Part shown: positions 18,946-29,325 of the stretch, piece after piece | How positions within the stretch are numbered: position 1 is the stretch's first letter | Layout of the letters: every line of letters starts with the position of its first letter | DNA from: Candidatus Moanibacter sp. | GTDB lineage: Bacteria; Verrucomicrobiota; Verrucomicrobiia; Opitutales; UBA2987 | Direction: 5' to 3' | DNA length: 64,000 nt | Assembly: GCA_965215885.1 (NCBI GenBank) | Contig: CBDCEW010000094.1 | Location: forward strand, 32,001 to 96,000 | Made by a program: the position numbers and the translations under genes | Notes under the pieces: model-generated | The model's database searches: none | The model's input: the letters and a program-made list of their open reading frames with translations, nothing else | What the model was told of the DNA's origin: nothing

Positions 18946-20208
18946 TCACCGGGAACCAGCTGTAGGACCGAGTCTCAATTGCTCTTTGCCGCCGAACACT
19001 TTGGCCAGGGCTTGTATGATCGACCGGAGCATCTCCTCGTCGGCGAGGAGCGTATTCTGAGTCAACCACAGGGCTTGCTCCGAACAGGCACTCTCCACAT
19101 TGCGAAGGTGAAAGCGACGGAAGTCGGGTAATTCCTGATCAAAAAATGCGGTTGGACCACCCTTTGCTCCAAAGTTTCGATCCGTGAAAAGGGGTTGCTT
19201 GTAGACGGGAAGAGAATAACCGGGACTCACGGGAATGCCTTCGGCCAGAATCGCCTCAACGATCTGCTCTTTCCCGATTTCGCCCCAGCACGCTGTGTCG
19301 ATCCTGAAGACAAAGAGATGCCAGGATGATCGCGATTCCACGTCCATCGGTGTGAGGGTTTTGAAGCCCTCTATCCCCTCGATTCCGTCCCTCAGGAAAC
19401 TCGCCGATTCCTCCCTCTGCCTCTGCAGAGACGGATAGCGATTCAGCTGCGCTTTCAAAACGGCTCCTTGAAATTCCGTTAGACGATAGTTCCCGCCGTA
19501 GCTGTGGTGATCATACCAGGGACCCTCATCTGCCCGTCCACAATTCGCTATAGAGCGGCTCGCAGCCGCGAAATCTGGATTATTCGTGATAATCATTCCG
19601 CCTTCCCCGGCCGTGATGTTCTTGGAAGATTGAAAACTGAAACATCCTGCATCACCGAGCGTTCCGACATGCCTGCCTTTGTATACACTGCCCCAGGCCT
19701 GGCAGGCGTCTTCAATAATCCGCAGATTGTGCTCTCTTGCGAGATGCCTCAACGCATCCATCTCCGCCGGCCTTCCCCCAAAATGGACGGGGAGAATTGC
19801 TTTGCTTCGAGGCGTAAGCGCTTTCAGGACGCTTCTCGGATCAATGTTGAAAGTCTCCGGCTCGATATCCACAAAGACCGGCTTTGCATAAGCGTCCAGG
19901 ATCGCCGTCGCGGATGCCACAAACGTGTAACTCGGCAGAATAACCTCATCGCCGGGCCCTATGCCTGCAGCTCTCATGGCGATGGCAAGCGCAGTCGTCC
20001 CACTCGTCGTGGCTATGCCGTATTTCGCGTTGTGGAAGTCCGCGAAGCGCTGCTCGAATTCACTGACTTCCTCTCCATTAGTCGATCCCCACTTTCCGCT
20101 TTCGAGCACGCGTATAAGTCCCTCTTTCTCCTCGTCGCCAAACACCGGCCACGCAGGAAAGGGGTTCCGGTTTGTCGGGGATCCTCCCGTTAGCGCCAAC
20201 CGCTCCAT
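18946..20208 (-). CDS. DegT/DnrJ/EryC1/StrS family PLP-dependent aminotransferase
   Basis: TSGTTAL, PSYTFVAS, PVHFGG, IEDACQAWG, FSFQSSKNITAGEGG (PLP lysine), GGNYRL. Confidence 0.93.
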   Translation of the reverse strand: MERLALTGGSPTNRNPFPAWPVFGDEEKEGLIRVLESGKWGSTNGEEVSEFEQRFADFHNAKYGIATTSGTTALAIAMRAAGIGPGDEVILPSYTFVASATAILDAYAKPVFVDIEPETFNIDPRSVLKALTPRSKAILPVHFGGRPAEMDALRHLAREHNLRIIEDACQAWGSVYKGRHVGTLGDAGCFSFQSSKNITAGEGGMIITNNPDFAAASRSIANCGRADEGPWYDHHSYGGNYRLTEFQGAVLKAQLNRYPSLQRQREESASFLRDGIEGIEGFKTLTPMDVESRSSWHLFVFRIDTACWGEIGKEQIVEAILAEGIPVSPGYSLPVYKQPLFTDRNFGAKGGPTAFFDQELPDFRRFHLRNVESACSEQALWLTQNTLLADEEMLRSIIQALAKVFGGKEQLRLGPTAGSR

Positions 20209-20672
20209 CGTTTTTAACTTGGCAATCTCCCGTACCGGCAAGCCGGGACGGGGTCGCTGATTTTCTCAAGCATCATCGTGCGCGGAGCACCCGATCCAAC
20301 TGTTGGAAAGATGCCCGTGGTGGAACCCGTCTTGGTTGCGCAAGCGCAACGCCGAGGCAGGCGGCCCCCTTGCCACGCCGTAGCTCTAACCAGCGGGATT
20401 CAGGACGGTGCGTAGGCGCGGGTCCGGGGACGTTTGTTTCATTCAGAATCTCACACAATTTCCGGGGCTTTGCAAATCCAAGGTTAAAGAAAATATGGGT
20501 TCCGCCTTGCTCGACGTCAAGATAACGGGCCTGTCGCATGCAACCGCCGCCGCCCACGCATTGCGGGGCTGTGGCGTGTCAAGAGCGAGCTTCCCATCCC
20601 GGTGGGCCAGGACCTTGACTGCTGTGGGCAGGCGTCTCTCGGTCGAGCTCGAATGTGGATGCGCGTTTGATA

Positions 20673-20713
20673 TGGCCTATGTTCGTATTTCGGCGAAATA
20701 CGAACATAGGCCA
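20673..20713. terminator. Perfect 20-bp inverted repeat downstream of the FtsX-like gene
   Basis: TGGCCTATGTTCGTATTTCG-G-CGAAATACGAACATAGGCCA, 30 bp past the stop at 20744; no U-tract. Confidence 0.5.
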
Positions 20714-20743
20714 GTGTTTGGGCATCCATGGAAACGACGAGTA

Positions 20744-23700
20744 CTATTTGGGTTCTCGTGAGGAAGTGTGTGAGATTTCTTGGAGCCTGACGGACTCGGC
20801 CGAAAGGCTTCTGCCCGTTAGCCGATCTCTCGCTTCGGTGAAGAGTTCCTGGCGGTTGTCGGGGCTGAGAGCGCGCCAGTGGAGGAAATGCTGCCGGATC
20901 TGCGAGACGAAGTCTTTGTTAAGCCGGAGCCAGGAATCGCGAGTGCCGGAAAGGCGTTGGATTTCAATGCGGACTTTGTATTCCCGCGCTTCTTCATCGG
21001 GCGGCATCGCGATGGCCAGTTTCTGGGAGACGCCGAGGTCGAAGGGTTTGAGCCCGATTGTGGCCGTGATGGAAGGCACGTAGGAAGAACCACCTTGTGG
21101 ATTCGGTTCAGGATCGAGAGAGAGCTCCGGTTTCTCGGAGAAAAAGCGCCCCGCGCCTCCCTCGCCGTGGTCGAGAAGCTTTCGATCAAAGAATGCAAGG
21201 ATGCCTATGTGCCCGCGAAAGTTGAAGGTAAAGGGGAGATGGAAGCGCAGGTAGTCACCCTCCGGCTCCGGCAGGCCCCAGCCCGCATCCTCGGTAGGCG
21301 CGGCGATCTCCATGGCCGATCGGGCGGGGAAGTAAGTCGAAACCAGGACGGTGCCGAAGAGTGCGAGGGAAGCGTAAACAGTGGTGAGTGAGGTGAAGGT
21401 CATGTTGAGGCCGCCGGTCAGGTCGAGAGCGGTGAGAATACGGCCTGTGCCCTGACTCAGAGTGTATCCCAGAATCGATCCCACGACGGCATAGACGAAA
21501 GCTTCGGTAAGAAACATGAAAAAGACGTAGCGGGGAGCGATACCGAGCGAGTTGTAGACGTAAATCTCGTCGCGCCGTTCGTAAACGGATCCGCGCATCG
21601 TGTTGAGGACGGTGAAAGCGGCGATTAGCAAAGGTATGGCAAGTTCGAGAAGATCACCCAGGTCGGCCTCTCGCGTGCGCCGCGCCCAATAAGCTACACC
21701 ATCGAGGCCGTATGAAAGCGGTTTGGCGGTCTGTTCGAGGTAACTCTCGACCACCTGTCTCACTTCCTTGTGCCCGGCTTCGGGTATACCGATGGCCACG
21801 GAGATGAACCGCCCCCCTCCCTGATTGGTCATGAATCGGTGGTCGCTGTAGGGCGCAAGAATGACATTTTTGGGCGGGATCTTGGGATCGTCTTCGTTGG
21901 CCACGACACCGGTTCCCCATCCTTTGGTGGTCAACACATCGATAGCGGTAACGTCGAAGGGCAGGAGTCGGTAGCCGTCCAGATCGGTCATGGCATCGTA
22001 AGCTTCCGAGTCGAAGATACCTCGCACGAGGCATTCCTCGCCGTTAATCCAAACCGTCACGGCCTCCCTGTTGACCTCGTTGACCGAGATATTCAACCGC
22101 TCGGCCATGGTGTCGGGAATGAAAACTGGGATGAGGCTGTCGGATTCGATCTCGTCGTTCTCAGTGAACCAGGTCTCTTCGGTGAGGAAACGGATCTTGT
22201 GCCGCATCGGCTCATTGTGTTTCAAACGGATGACGGATTCGAATTCCACCTTACGCAGTCCCCCCTCTCCTTTGTAACTGATTGTAAGATCGGGATTCTT
22301 ACGTCTGCGGTCCCGGAAGTCTTCGTAGCCAATCATCATGTAGCGCGGGCAAATGTCGTATCGATCACCGTATTTTTCGTGAATTGCCTGGATTTCGCCG
22401 GCATGGAATGGCGCCATCTGCTCGTGCTTGAGGAGCAGGCCCTGGTAAGGCGCCTTTCCCACCGCGAAATTCTCCTCCACGAGGTCATCCTGAACGGAGG
22501 TGAAGCAGATAATAACGAAGGTGATCAGCGTAAGGGTGGCGCAGGTGAGACCGGTGCGGACTTTGCGGCGGTGCATATTGTTAAGGCCGAGCATGAAGGC
22601 TGAAATCATGACACCCAGCTTGTTGACCTCGGCCGCACTCACCCTTCCTCGTTTCTTCATCAGCTCGCGGAAGTTCTCCTGAAACTTTCCCGAGAAGAGA
22701 ATGGTAATCGTGATGGAGATGAGAATAATGATGAAACCCAGCAGAATCATGAGGGAAGACCGCACCATCGTGAAGGCCGGGTGGAGGAAGCGCAGGAGAG
22801 CGAACACAACGATGAAAATAACGGTCTGGGCGATGATCTGCTTGCGAACGTCGGAAAAACAGAAGAGGAGTTTTTCGAAGAAAAAGATGAAGGGGACGAG
22901 AAGAGCCAGGTACCAGAGTATACCCGCTACGGCTTCGAAAATGGACTCCCGCAGCTCGGGATGATTGAGGGTGGCGTAGGTCACCGCCTGGCGCGCTTCC
23001 TGGATCGACGCCTTCTTACTCAGGGAAGGGTCCCGGCTCTGCTCGAGGTGGGTGAGAACCTTATCGTGGTAGTCGTTTGTTCGCTCATCGGCCATGCCGT
23101 AGGCGTTCTGTAGATCGAGCCGGCGGCCATTGACATAGGCCATGGAGTGGGCCACTTCGGAAGGGAGATCGCGCAGATAAGGATGATCGCTGACGAGGTA
23201 GCCGCCGCCGTCAATTTCCCGTTTCAGGCTTTCCTTGGAAGATTCATCGACGTTTGTCATGAAGGCGCGGGTGACCTTGGCGCGTTCGTGCTCTTGAGCC
23301 CCTGACTGCAACTCCACATAACAGCGTTGGTCCGGTTCCAGAAAGGTGGCCACAAGCCCCGTGCTCTCAAAGAGACAGAATCGATCCGGAGGTACCAGCC
23401 CCTGGCTCCGGATCATCTTGACCCCCGTATACTCTTTGAGGGTCTGCGGATTGGTCAGGTCCAGAAGGGTCATGGGGGAGGCCGGGAAAAGGACGAGGGT
23501 CAGATCCTGCGCCCGCCACCACGGAACCTTGATCGACTTGAAGACCCGTTGGTTCGCATCCCCTTCGTCTTTTATATGGGATATGAAACCATCTGCTCCG
23601 ATCTTTGCGGCGAGCGGAGCGATTGTGCCCCCATCTCTCCCCACATTCCAGAATACGGGAAAATCGTTGTAGTTTTTCGATGCCTCGTAACGTCCATAGA

Positions 23701-26005
23701 CGTCGGACATGAGGATGGGATGGCGGTAGTAGCCGGGATAGGCCCACATGTTGCTGTCGGGACGGGAGCGGCAAGCGACAAGGGCATCTTTCACGGTATA
23801 ATTCGGCACGATGGATTGGCCGATCTGAGCGGCGAGAACGCGGCCGCCAAAATCCCTCCCCTGGTGGCCGTGCCAGATCTGTGTCGGTTCGAGGCTGCCG
23901 TTCCCGTGGGCCAGGGAAAGAAAGGACTCTCCGATCACCTTGAAGGTATTGGATAGCGTGCCCAATTCATGCATAAAAGGGAGGTCGACGGGAGAGGCGT
24001 AGTAAGAGTAGCTTTTCTTTCTTTCGAAGTTGTAAATGAAAATGGTGGGGTAGCCGATGTTTCCCCAGATTCGCGGCGCTTGGCGAGAGACGTTGAGGCC
24101 GATATGCCGGCCAACGGTTCGATCCTGCCACTCACCCGGGGGCGGCACTTCCAGAGCTTCCCCAATGTCCAACCGGCGCTTGGCCCGATTCATGAGACGG
24201 ATGATCGTTTTGACCGACGAATGCGAGTAGGCGGCGCCGGATCCGCTGCTCACGATCTCTGTCTCACCATTGCTGTCGGGCGGAGCGGGTGCCAGACGCA
24301 TCGAAAAGAGCCCGATTCTTTGGTATTGGCTGAAAAGGTTGAGGAGGACCACCTCCTGCTCCATCTCACGGCGATGTCGATCGTGATGGAGCACAAGTTC
24401 CTTCATACGCTCCCGGAACCGATTCCTCAGGTCATATCGCGCCACCGTCTCCGGCTTCGTCTTGAGCAAGTTAGTCATCCGGTAGCCTGTGGCGGCAAGC
24501 GCTTCGTCATATATCTGCTTTGCATGGAGATAGCCGCGTAAGGCCTCACTGCCGGCGACCTCTAGACCGCGCTCCCGTTCGATCGCGACTTTTGCTTCCG
24601 TGAGCGGCCCGCTCAGCTCGAAGGCCCGCGTCTTCACTACGTAACTAAACTGCTCTTCAGCGAGGTCGCGGATATCTCCATCCAGGCCCTTGAGGACCTT
24701 CCTGGTCGAAACCGAATCCGCCGCGAAGCCCTCTTCCTCGAACAATTCCAGAATCCTGCCAACGCGGTAACGCTGGCGTTCGTTCTCCTCCCAGCGCTCT
24801 TCCAGGTAGACCTGCCGGCGGTCGCCCGCATCCATCGTCGTGCCCACGATGCGATCGCGGTCCGGATCGAATTTACCCAATTGCAGCGTTCGTTCCGGCT
24901 GAAAGTCCTGATTCTTCTTCCCGATGACACGCAGGAGGTTGTTGTGCCCCCCTTCGGCCAGGGCGCTGGAACCCAGGCTCGCGAAAATGATGTCCCGCCG
25001 CCGTGTCTCTTCGTAAGGCAAGAGGCCCTCGAGGAGGCGGAGTTGGACTACCGGAGCGAGCGCCGAAAGGACACCCGGTGCCCGGTCGGGAAGAATGGAT
25101 GGGGTGTCGTATGGGACCGTGAAGAGGATTGCTTCTTTGGACGGCTCGGGAGCCTTGAGGACTCCGAACAGACTGACGTTGTTGACTCTCCGGAAGTCGA
25201 CCCGAACGCGAAGACGGATGGTTTCACCGATGTAGCGGAAAATACCCTCCGTAGCCGCCAATCGTACGTAGTTGATGGGAACGCTGGAGACCATGGCCCA
25301 GGTCCCACGACTCGGGGAAAACTTCACCCAGGGGGCTTCGTTAAGACCTTCTGAATGGGAGACGAGGAGGGCTTCCATTCCCAGGTTGGCATAGCGGGTC
25401 CAGTCGAAAAGGTATTCCCTGGGCACTCTTTCTTCGAGGCTGTCAATGAGCCCGATGCATCCGTCGAAGCTTCGCCGGGTATTGAGCGTCTCCTCGTCCA
25501 GGAGAACGAGTTCTCCCGTGATTCCGCCGGGTGGCGTCACTACCGGCTGCAGGAAATTCGGCATGAAAGGGTAAATCGAGACGTCCTCGATCGGTTCCAG
25601 CCCTGGCGCCTGAGCGGTGCTGTCGTTACGCACCCGATAGATCTCCCGGTAGGCCGTCTGTGGAGCGACGGTTTGAAACTCCTGGGTATAGATCTCGAGA
25701 CCGGCTCGCTCGAATGCGGCACGGATGTAATCGGCGGTCCGATAATATCCGGGCTGGCCGGCGAAACGCGAACCGAGATCGAGAAATGCTCGGTGTTCCC
25801 TGTCTACTCGATCTACCTGGATCGCCTTCTGCATTGGTGCGGTAGGATACTCCTCGTAGGCAACGAAGCGTTCAAAGAGCTGTTCCGGTGCGGCGAAGCG
25901 AGAATAGACCAGGATCAGAATCAGAAAGAGAACAAGACATAGCGCTGCTGCCCCTATCCGACTCGGAAGGGATCTACCGCGAAGCCTTGACCCTCCATCA
26001 GACAT
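20744..26005 (-). CDS. Large membrane protein (1753 aa): degenerate M28-peptidase-like extracytoplasmic region, TM bundle and MacB/FtsX-type permease C-terminus
   Basis: Likely start ATG 26005 overlaps the upstream TGA (TGATG). N-terminal TM anchor; PYDTPSILPDRAPG; LGLNNMHRRKVRTGLT; NTMRGSVYERRDEIYVYNSLGIAP...FLTEA; YFPARSA. Confidence 0.82.
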   Translation of the reverse strand: MSDGGSRLRGRSLPSRIGAAALCLVLFLILILVYSRFAAPEQLFERFVAYEEYPTAPMQKAIQVDRVDREHRAFLDLGSRFAGQPGYYRTADYIRAAFERAGLEIYTQEFQTVAPQTAYREIYRVRNDSTAQAPGLEPIEDVSIYPFMPNFLQPVVTPPGGITGELVLLDEETLNTRRSFDGCIGLIDSLEERVPREYLFDWTRYANLGMEALLVSHSEGLNEAPWVKFSPSRGTWAMVSSVPINYVRLAATEGIFRYIGETIRLRVRVDFRRVNNVSLFGVLKAPEPSKEAILFTVPYDTPSILPDRAPGVLSALAPVVQLRLLEGLLPYEETRRRDIIFASLGSSALAEGGHNNLLRVIGKKNQDFQPERTLQLGKFDPDRDRIVGTTMDAGDRRQVYLEERWEENERQRYRVGRILELFEEEGFAADSVSTRKVLKGLDGDIRDLAEEQFSYVVKTRAFELSGPLTEAKVAIERERGLEVAGSEALRGYLHAKQIYDEALAATGYRMTNLLKTKPETVARYDLRNRFRERMKELVLHHDRHRREMEQEVVLLNLFSQYQRIGLFSMRLAPAPPDSNGETEIVSSGSGAAYSHSSVKTIIRLMNRAKRRLDIGEALEVPPPGEWQDRTVGRHIGLNVSRQAPRIWGNIGYPTIFIYNFERKKSYSYYASPVDLPFMHELGTLSNTFKVIGESFLSLAHGNGSLEPTQIWHGHQGRDFGGRVLAAQIGQSIVPNYTVKDALVACRSRPDSNMWAYPGYYRHPILMSDVYGRYEASKNYNDFPVFWNVGRDGGTIAPLAAKIGADGFISHIKDEGDANQRVFKSIKVPWWRAQDLTLVLFPASPMTLLDLTNPQTLKEYTGVKMIRSQGLVPPDRFCLFESTGLVATFLEPDQRCYVELQSGAQEHERAKVTRAFMTNVDESSKESLKREIDGGGYLVSDHPYLRDLPSEVAHSMAYVNGRRLDLQNAYGMADERTNDYHDKVLTHLEQSRDPSLSKKASIQEARQAVTYATLNHPELRESIFEAVAGILWYLALLVPFIFFFEKLLFCFSDVRKQIIAQTVIFIVVFALLRFLHPAFTMVRSSLMILLGFIIILISITITILFSGKFQENFRELMKKRGRVSAAEVNKLGVMISAFMLGLNNMHRRKVRTGLTCATLTLITFVIICFTSVQDDLVEENFAVGKAPYQGLLLKHEQMAPFHAGEIQAIHEKYGDRYDICPRYMMIGYEDFRDRRRKNPDLTISYKGEGGLRKVEFESVIRLKHNEPMRHKIRFLTEETWFTENDEIESDSLIPVFIPDTMAERLNISVNEVNREAVTVWINGEECLVRGIFDSEAYDAMTDLDGYRLLPFDVTAIDVLTTKGWGTGVVANEDDPKIPPKNVILAPYSDHRFMTNQGGGRFISVAIGIPEAGHKEVRQVVESYLEQTAKPLSYGLDGVAYWARRTREADLGDLLELAIPLLIAAFTVLNTMRGSVYERRDEIYVYNSLGIAPRYVFFMFLTEAFVYAVVGSILGYTLSQGTGRILTALDLTGGLNMTFTSLTTVYASLALFGTVLVSTYFPARSAMEIAAPTEDAGWGLPEPEGDYLRFHLPFTFNFRGHIGILAFFDRKLLDHGEGGAGRFFSEKPELSLDPEPNPQGGSSYVPSITATIGLKPFDLGVSQKLAIAMPPDEEAREYKVRIEIQRLSGTRDSWLRLNKDFVSQIRQHFLHWRALSPDNRQELFTEARDRLTGRSLSAESVRLQEISHTSSREPK

Positions 26006-28560
26006 CACAAAAGCCCGTGTTGAAACATGCTGCTGTCGGTAAAGTAGAAGAGAAGGAAATCGATGGCAAAGAAGAGTCCCTGGGCGGTTACGGCAGCGAG
26101 GAAGATTCCCGCGGCAAAGGGGAGCAGCTTTTCTCGAACGGTGGCCGCGCCTCCGAGTTTGAGCACGGTAAACCGTACCACCCAGGCCACCAGCAGGCTG
26201 CCCCATAGGCGGTAGAGTGCCCCCATCGACCCGATGATTATGCCGACCGGATGAAACCAGAAACCGGTAAAGGTCTGGCGCAATGCAGTAACCACAAAGG
26301 TGAGCGTGCCGGAATAGAGAATGGCCCAGGTTCGGGGGTCGACATTCCGGCGCTCCTCCTCTTCCACGGGTGTTACTGAATCCATCGTTGCCTCGGTGTG
26401 ATAGAGACCGTAATAGCGACCCCAACCGATGATGCCCCGATAATCCCCTGAATTGGGGAAACTGTTCATGCCTTTAGCGTAGGCGCCGGAAAGAAAGATC
26501 CAGCCGCCGATGAGAAAGCCGCCCGTTATCGCCACTCCATTGACGAGAAATATGACCCTGCGCTTGAGCCGGAAGTGCCGGCCGAGTTCCAGAAACTCCA
26601 ATTGCAGACCTGGAATCAGAAAAAAGGCGTGGTAGCCTATGATGGCCGAGACGAAGACCGCGAACATCGTACCCTGAGTGCCGAAGACGGACATGCCCCC
26701 TGCGAACCCGACAATGAGAATCAGATGGGGGAAATAAGTGTAGGAAGGCACGCCGCACTCAGCCCGCAGTTTCATAGCCACAAAACCAATGCTCAGAAGG
26801 GTTGCGAATATGATGAGCATGGCGCCGAGGGGCATACCCACCACTTGCGCCCAGACCGCGACGCCGGCTATTGAAGTGATGAGCAGAAGAACCGCTCCTC
26901 TGCTCGAGAGGACTTCATCCCCCCGATCCTGACCGCGGATGGCGGCACGAAGAAGGCGATAAAAGTACTTCCGGGAAAAGAACAGGAGAAGGGCTGCGTA
27001 GACGAGGTATGCAGCCATTCGCTGATGAGTGATCTCTGGATAACCGCGCTGGTAGGTCAGCCCGTAAAATTCCCCGACGAGATATTGAGTTCTGAAGAGG
27101 AGAAAACCGATGAGCAAACTCATGAGCACATTGAGCTCGAGAAACATTGCCAGGCCGAGGAAAAGAGCGAGGACTTGGAAATGGATTCCTCTCAACATAC
27201 GCTCGAGGTAGGGGTTGCTGATGTAGGCATTCAGGCGCAGGTTAATGTTGAGATCGGGTATGCCGGCGTGAAAATCATGTAAGCCGCGAAGGAGACACCA
27301 GATAAAGGCGACGGTAAAACCTGCCCACATAAAACGGCTCCGCCATCCTTCCGGAAGGAATCGGTCTGGACCCTCACCCCTGGACTTGCTCCCCAGAAAA
27401 AAGAGAACAACCTGGGCCAGGGGTAGGGGAAGACGCTGGTTGTCAATCCATTCCCGGCGCATGATGACGGCGATGGAAAAAGTTCCCAGGAGGATGAGGA
27501 CGAGGTAGGCGCCCCATGTTGACAGCGGCCGGAGCCAATCCCTCCACGGAATATAGCCGGCAAGCAGATACCGCATCCCGGCAATGCTAAGGAGGCGGTC
27601 CGGCTCAACCAGGAGCCCTGCCCGCTCCTGCTCAGGCAATTGCGCGAAGTCCTTTTCACGGATTACCATGCGCCCCCTGAAAGCGCTCTCGATGGCTTCG
27701 ACATTCATGAATTGCAAATCGCGAAAGACGACGCGACCGGCGCCCTCGAGGCCTAGCTCCAGAGTGACGGAGTCCTTCACAGTATTCGGAAAGACGACAC
27801 CATAGGTCCCGACCCGCAGGAAACCTTCCCTCTGCGCGAAATTCGGTTCCGCCTCCTTCGTCGAGGTGAACGCATCCTGCAGGAAAATCTCTTCGGCATC
27901 GTGGTAGATTCGGCAGTAATAGGTGGAGTCGAGACCGAGGTCCTCGGCTTTAGCGAGCACGCTGAGGAGGTAGGGTTGGCCAGGGATGACGGCGCCCTCC
28001 AGGCCCGGTACGGCGGGAAGGCGCACGCGTAGACTCGAAGCGGCCGTTTCGTTCTCGTGCTCGATTACGGGCGCCTGCACCGTGCCACCTTTGAAGAGGG
28101 AGAGGGTTTCCCATCGGACACTGCCATGCGTATCGACTCCGGGTCCGGCCGGCTGGGCGAGGATACCATCGGTCAGGTTCGGTCCGTGGGGCCAGAGACT
28201 TGGATTCACCGCATCGAGGAGATCGAATTCCTCGCCGCGGGGAAACGTAGCCACCGCCGGAACCAGGTAGCGCCAGAACCCCACCGTCATGATGGGCGCT
28301 GCCAGAAGCCCGGCGAAGAGGATACAGAGTAATTCCGCCCGCGTCAGTAGCTCGTATCGCGCGAGGGCCCTTAAGATAGCCGAAAGAAAAAGAAGCGCCA
28401 GAAAGACCCAAAACACGGGGATCGCCAGGGCATTGGCCCCGAGTTCCTTACCGCCTTGAGAAACCGTTCCCATGAGCACCCCGCCCAACTGGATAAAGGC
28501 GCCCGTCAGCAGAATAGCAAAGAGCGAAAAAGCCGTGATACGGAATGCGGATACGTTCAT
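26005..28560 (-). CDS. DUF6785/DUF6784-like (OPT-related) polytopic membrane protein with CBM-like soluble insert
   Basis: LTRAELL, IPWRDWLRPL..W, REWIDNQRLPLPL, KLRAECG, FWFHPVG, AWVVRFTVLKLGG, LPFAAG; insert ends in GAGRVVFRDLQF. Confidence 0.8.
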   Translation of the reverse strand: MNVSAFRITAFSLFAILLTGAFIQLGGVLMGTVSQGGKELGANALAIPVFWVFLALLFLSAILRALARYELLTRAELLCILFAGLLAAPIMTVGFWRYLVPAVATFPRGEEFDLLDAVNPSLWPHGPNLTDGILAQPAGPGVDTHGSVRWETLSLFKGGTVQAPVIEHENETAASSLRVRLPAVPGLEGAVIPGQPYLLSVLAKAEDLGLDSTYYCRIYHDAEEIFLQDAFTSTKEAEPNFAQREGFLRVGTYGVVFPNTVKDSVTLELGLEGAGRVVFRDLQFMNVEAIESAFRGRMVIREKDFAQLPEQERAGLLVEPDRLLSIAGMRYLLAGYIPWRDWLRPLSTWGAYLVLILLGTFSIAVIMRREWIDNQRLPLPLAQVVLFFLGSKSRGEGPDRFLPEGWRSRFMWAGFTVAFIWCLLRGLHDFHAGIPDLNINLRLNAYISNPYLERMLRGIHFQVLALFLGLAMFLELNVLMSLLIGFLLFRTQYLVGEFYGLTYQRGYPEITHQRMAAYLVYAALLLFFSRKYFYRLLRAAIRGQDRGDEVLSSRGAVLLLITSIAGVAVWAQVVGMPLGAMLIIFATLLSIGFVAMKLRAECGVPSYTYFPHLILIVGFAGGMSVFGTQGTMFAVFVSAIIGYHAFFLIPGLQLEFLELGRHFRLKRRVIFLVNGVAITGGFLIGGWIFLSGAYAKGMNSFPNSGDYRGIIGWGRYYGLYHTEATMDSVTPVEEEERRNVDPRTWAILYSGTLTFVVTALRQTFTGFWFHPVGIIIGSMGALYRLWGSLLVAWVVRFTVLKLGGAATVREKLLPFAAGIFLAAVTAQGLFFAIDFLLFYFTDSSMFQHGLL

Positions 28561-29133
28561 TTCGATTCGCCAGGAATCTGTCGGACTAAATACCTCTCAC
28601 TCAGATGAAGGGTCAAACTAAACAGTCTGCTTTCTGCTTAATTCTGGTTGCCAACATGGGCAAAAAAACAGGAGGGGACAATGCGTCACTTTCACACGCC
28701 TCGTTCCGGGCTCCCTGATCTGGCGACCGCGGGAGGACTAGGATTCGCAAAGAGTTAACCCGCTGATGCAGTAGCCATACCACTGTTCCTTGCGGTGATC
28801 GAGCGATCAAGGAGGAAAGCTAAACCCAGGCTCTATTCGATCAGGGTAGCGAGGTTCACTGACAAGCACGGTGGTATGGGGCGAAGCCCACCGTGGGAAA
28901 AATCTTAAAACAGAGTCCTGAAGCGTTAACTTCGCTTCCAACTTCGCCCTCCGACTACGATTGGCATGCAGTGCAGGCTCTTCGACTCGGCTCAGTGCAG
29001 GCAGTGCGACTGTTTTCCAAGCGCGCTCCCCGCCTGCTGATCCCGCTCAGCAGAAGAAGGTAGGCAGGACGTAGTGCGGAAGAGAAATCCTTGCTCCGGT
29101 AGGCGATGAAATTGCTATTGTTTTACCCCGGCC

Positions 29134-29325
29134 TTGACCGAGGAGCGCATTGTTCGAATATTTCCCATGGATGACCGCGATGTCGAATTCCTCCTCAAGC
29201 AACATCCTTTTACAGAGCAGGAGCTAAATGAGCTGTTTGAAGAGGCCGTCGTGCCGGACATCAATGAAATTAAGGAAGCCTTTCGAAGAAACCAGGAGTT
29301 CGTCCTTGGTATCTTTCGGACTTGA
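29134..29325 (+). pseudogene. Possible C-terminal gene remnant (nucleotidyltransferase/DUF6036-like)
   Basis: Protein-like DDRDVEFLL...AVVPDINEIKEAF with no convincing start; family resemblance recalled only. Confidence 0.3.

Noticed and set aside
26006..26425. N-terminal 140 aa of the 1893-aa ORF
   Set aside because: Overlaps the upstream gene in another frame; the TGATG-coupled start at 26005 is far more plausible
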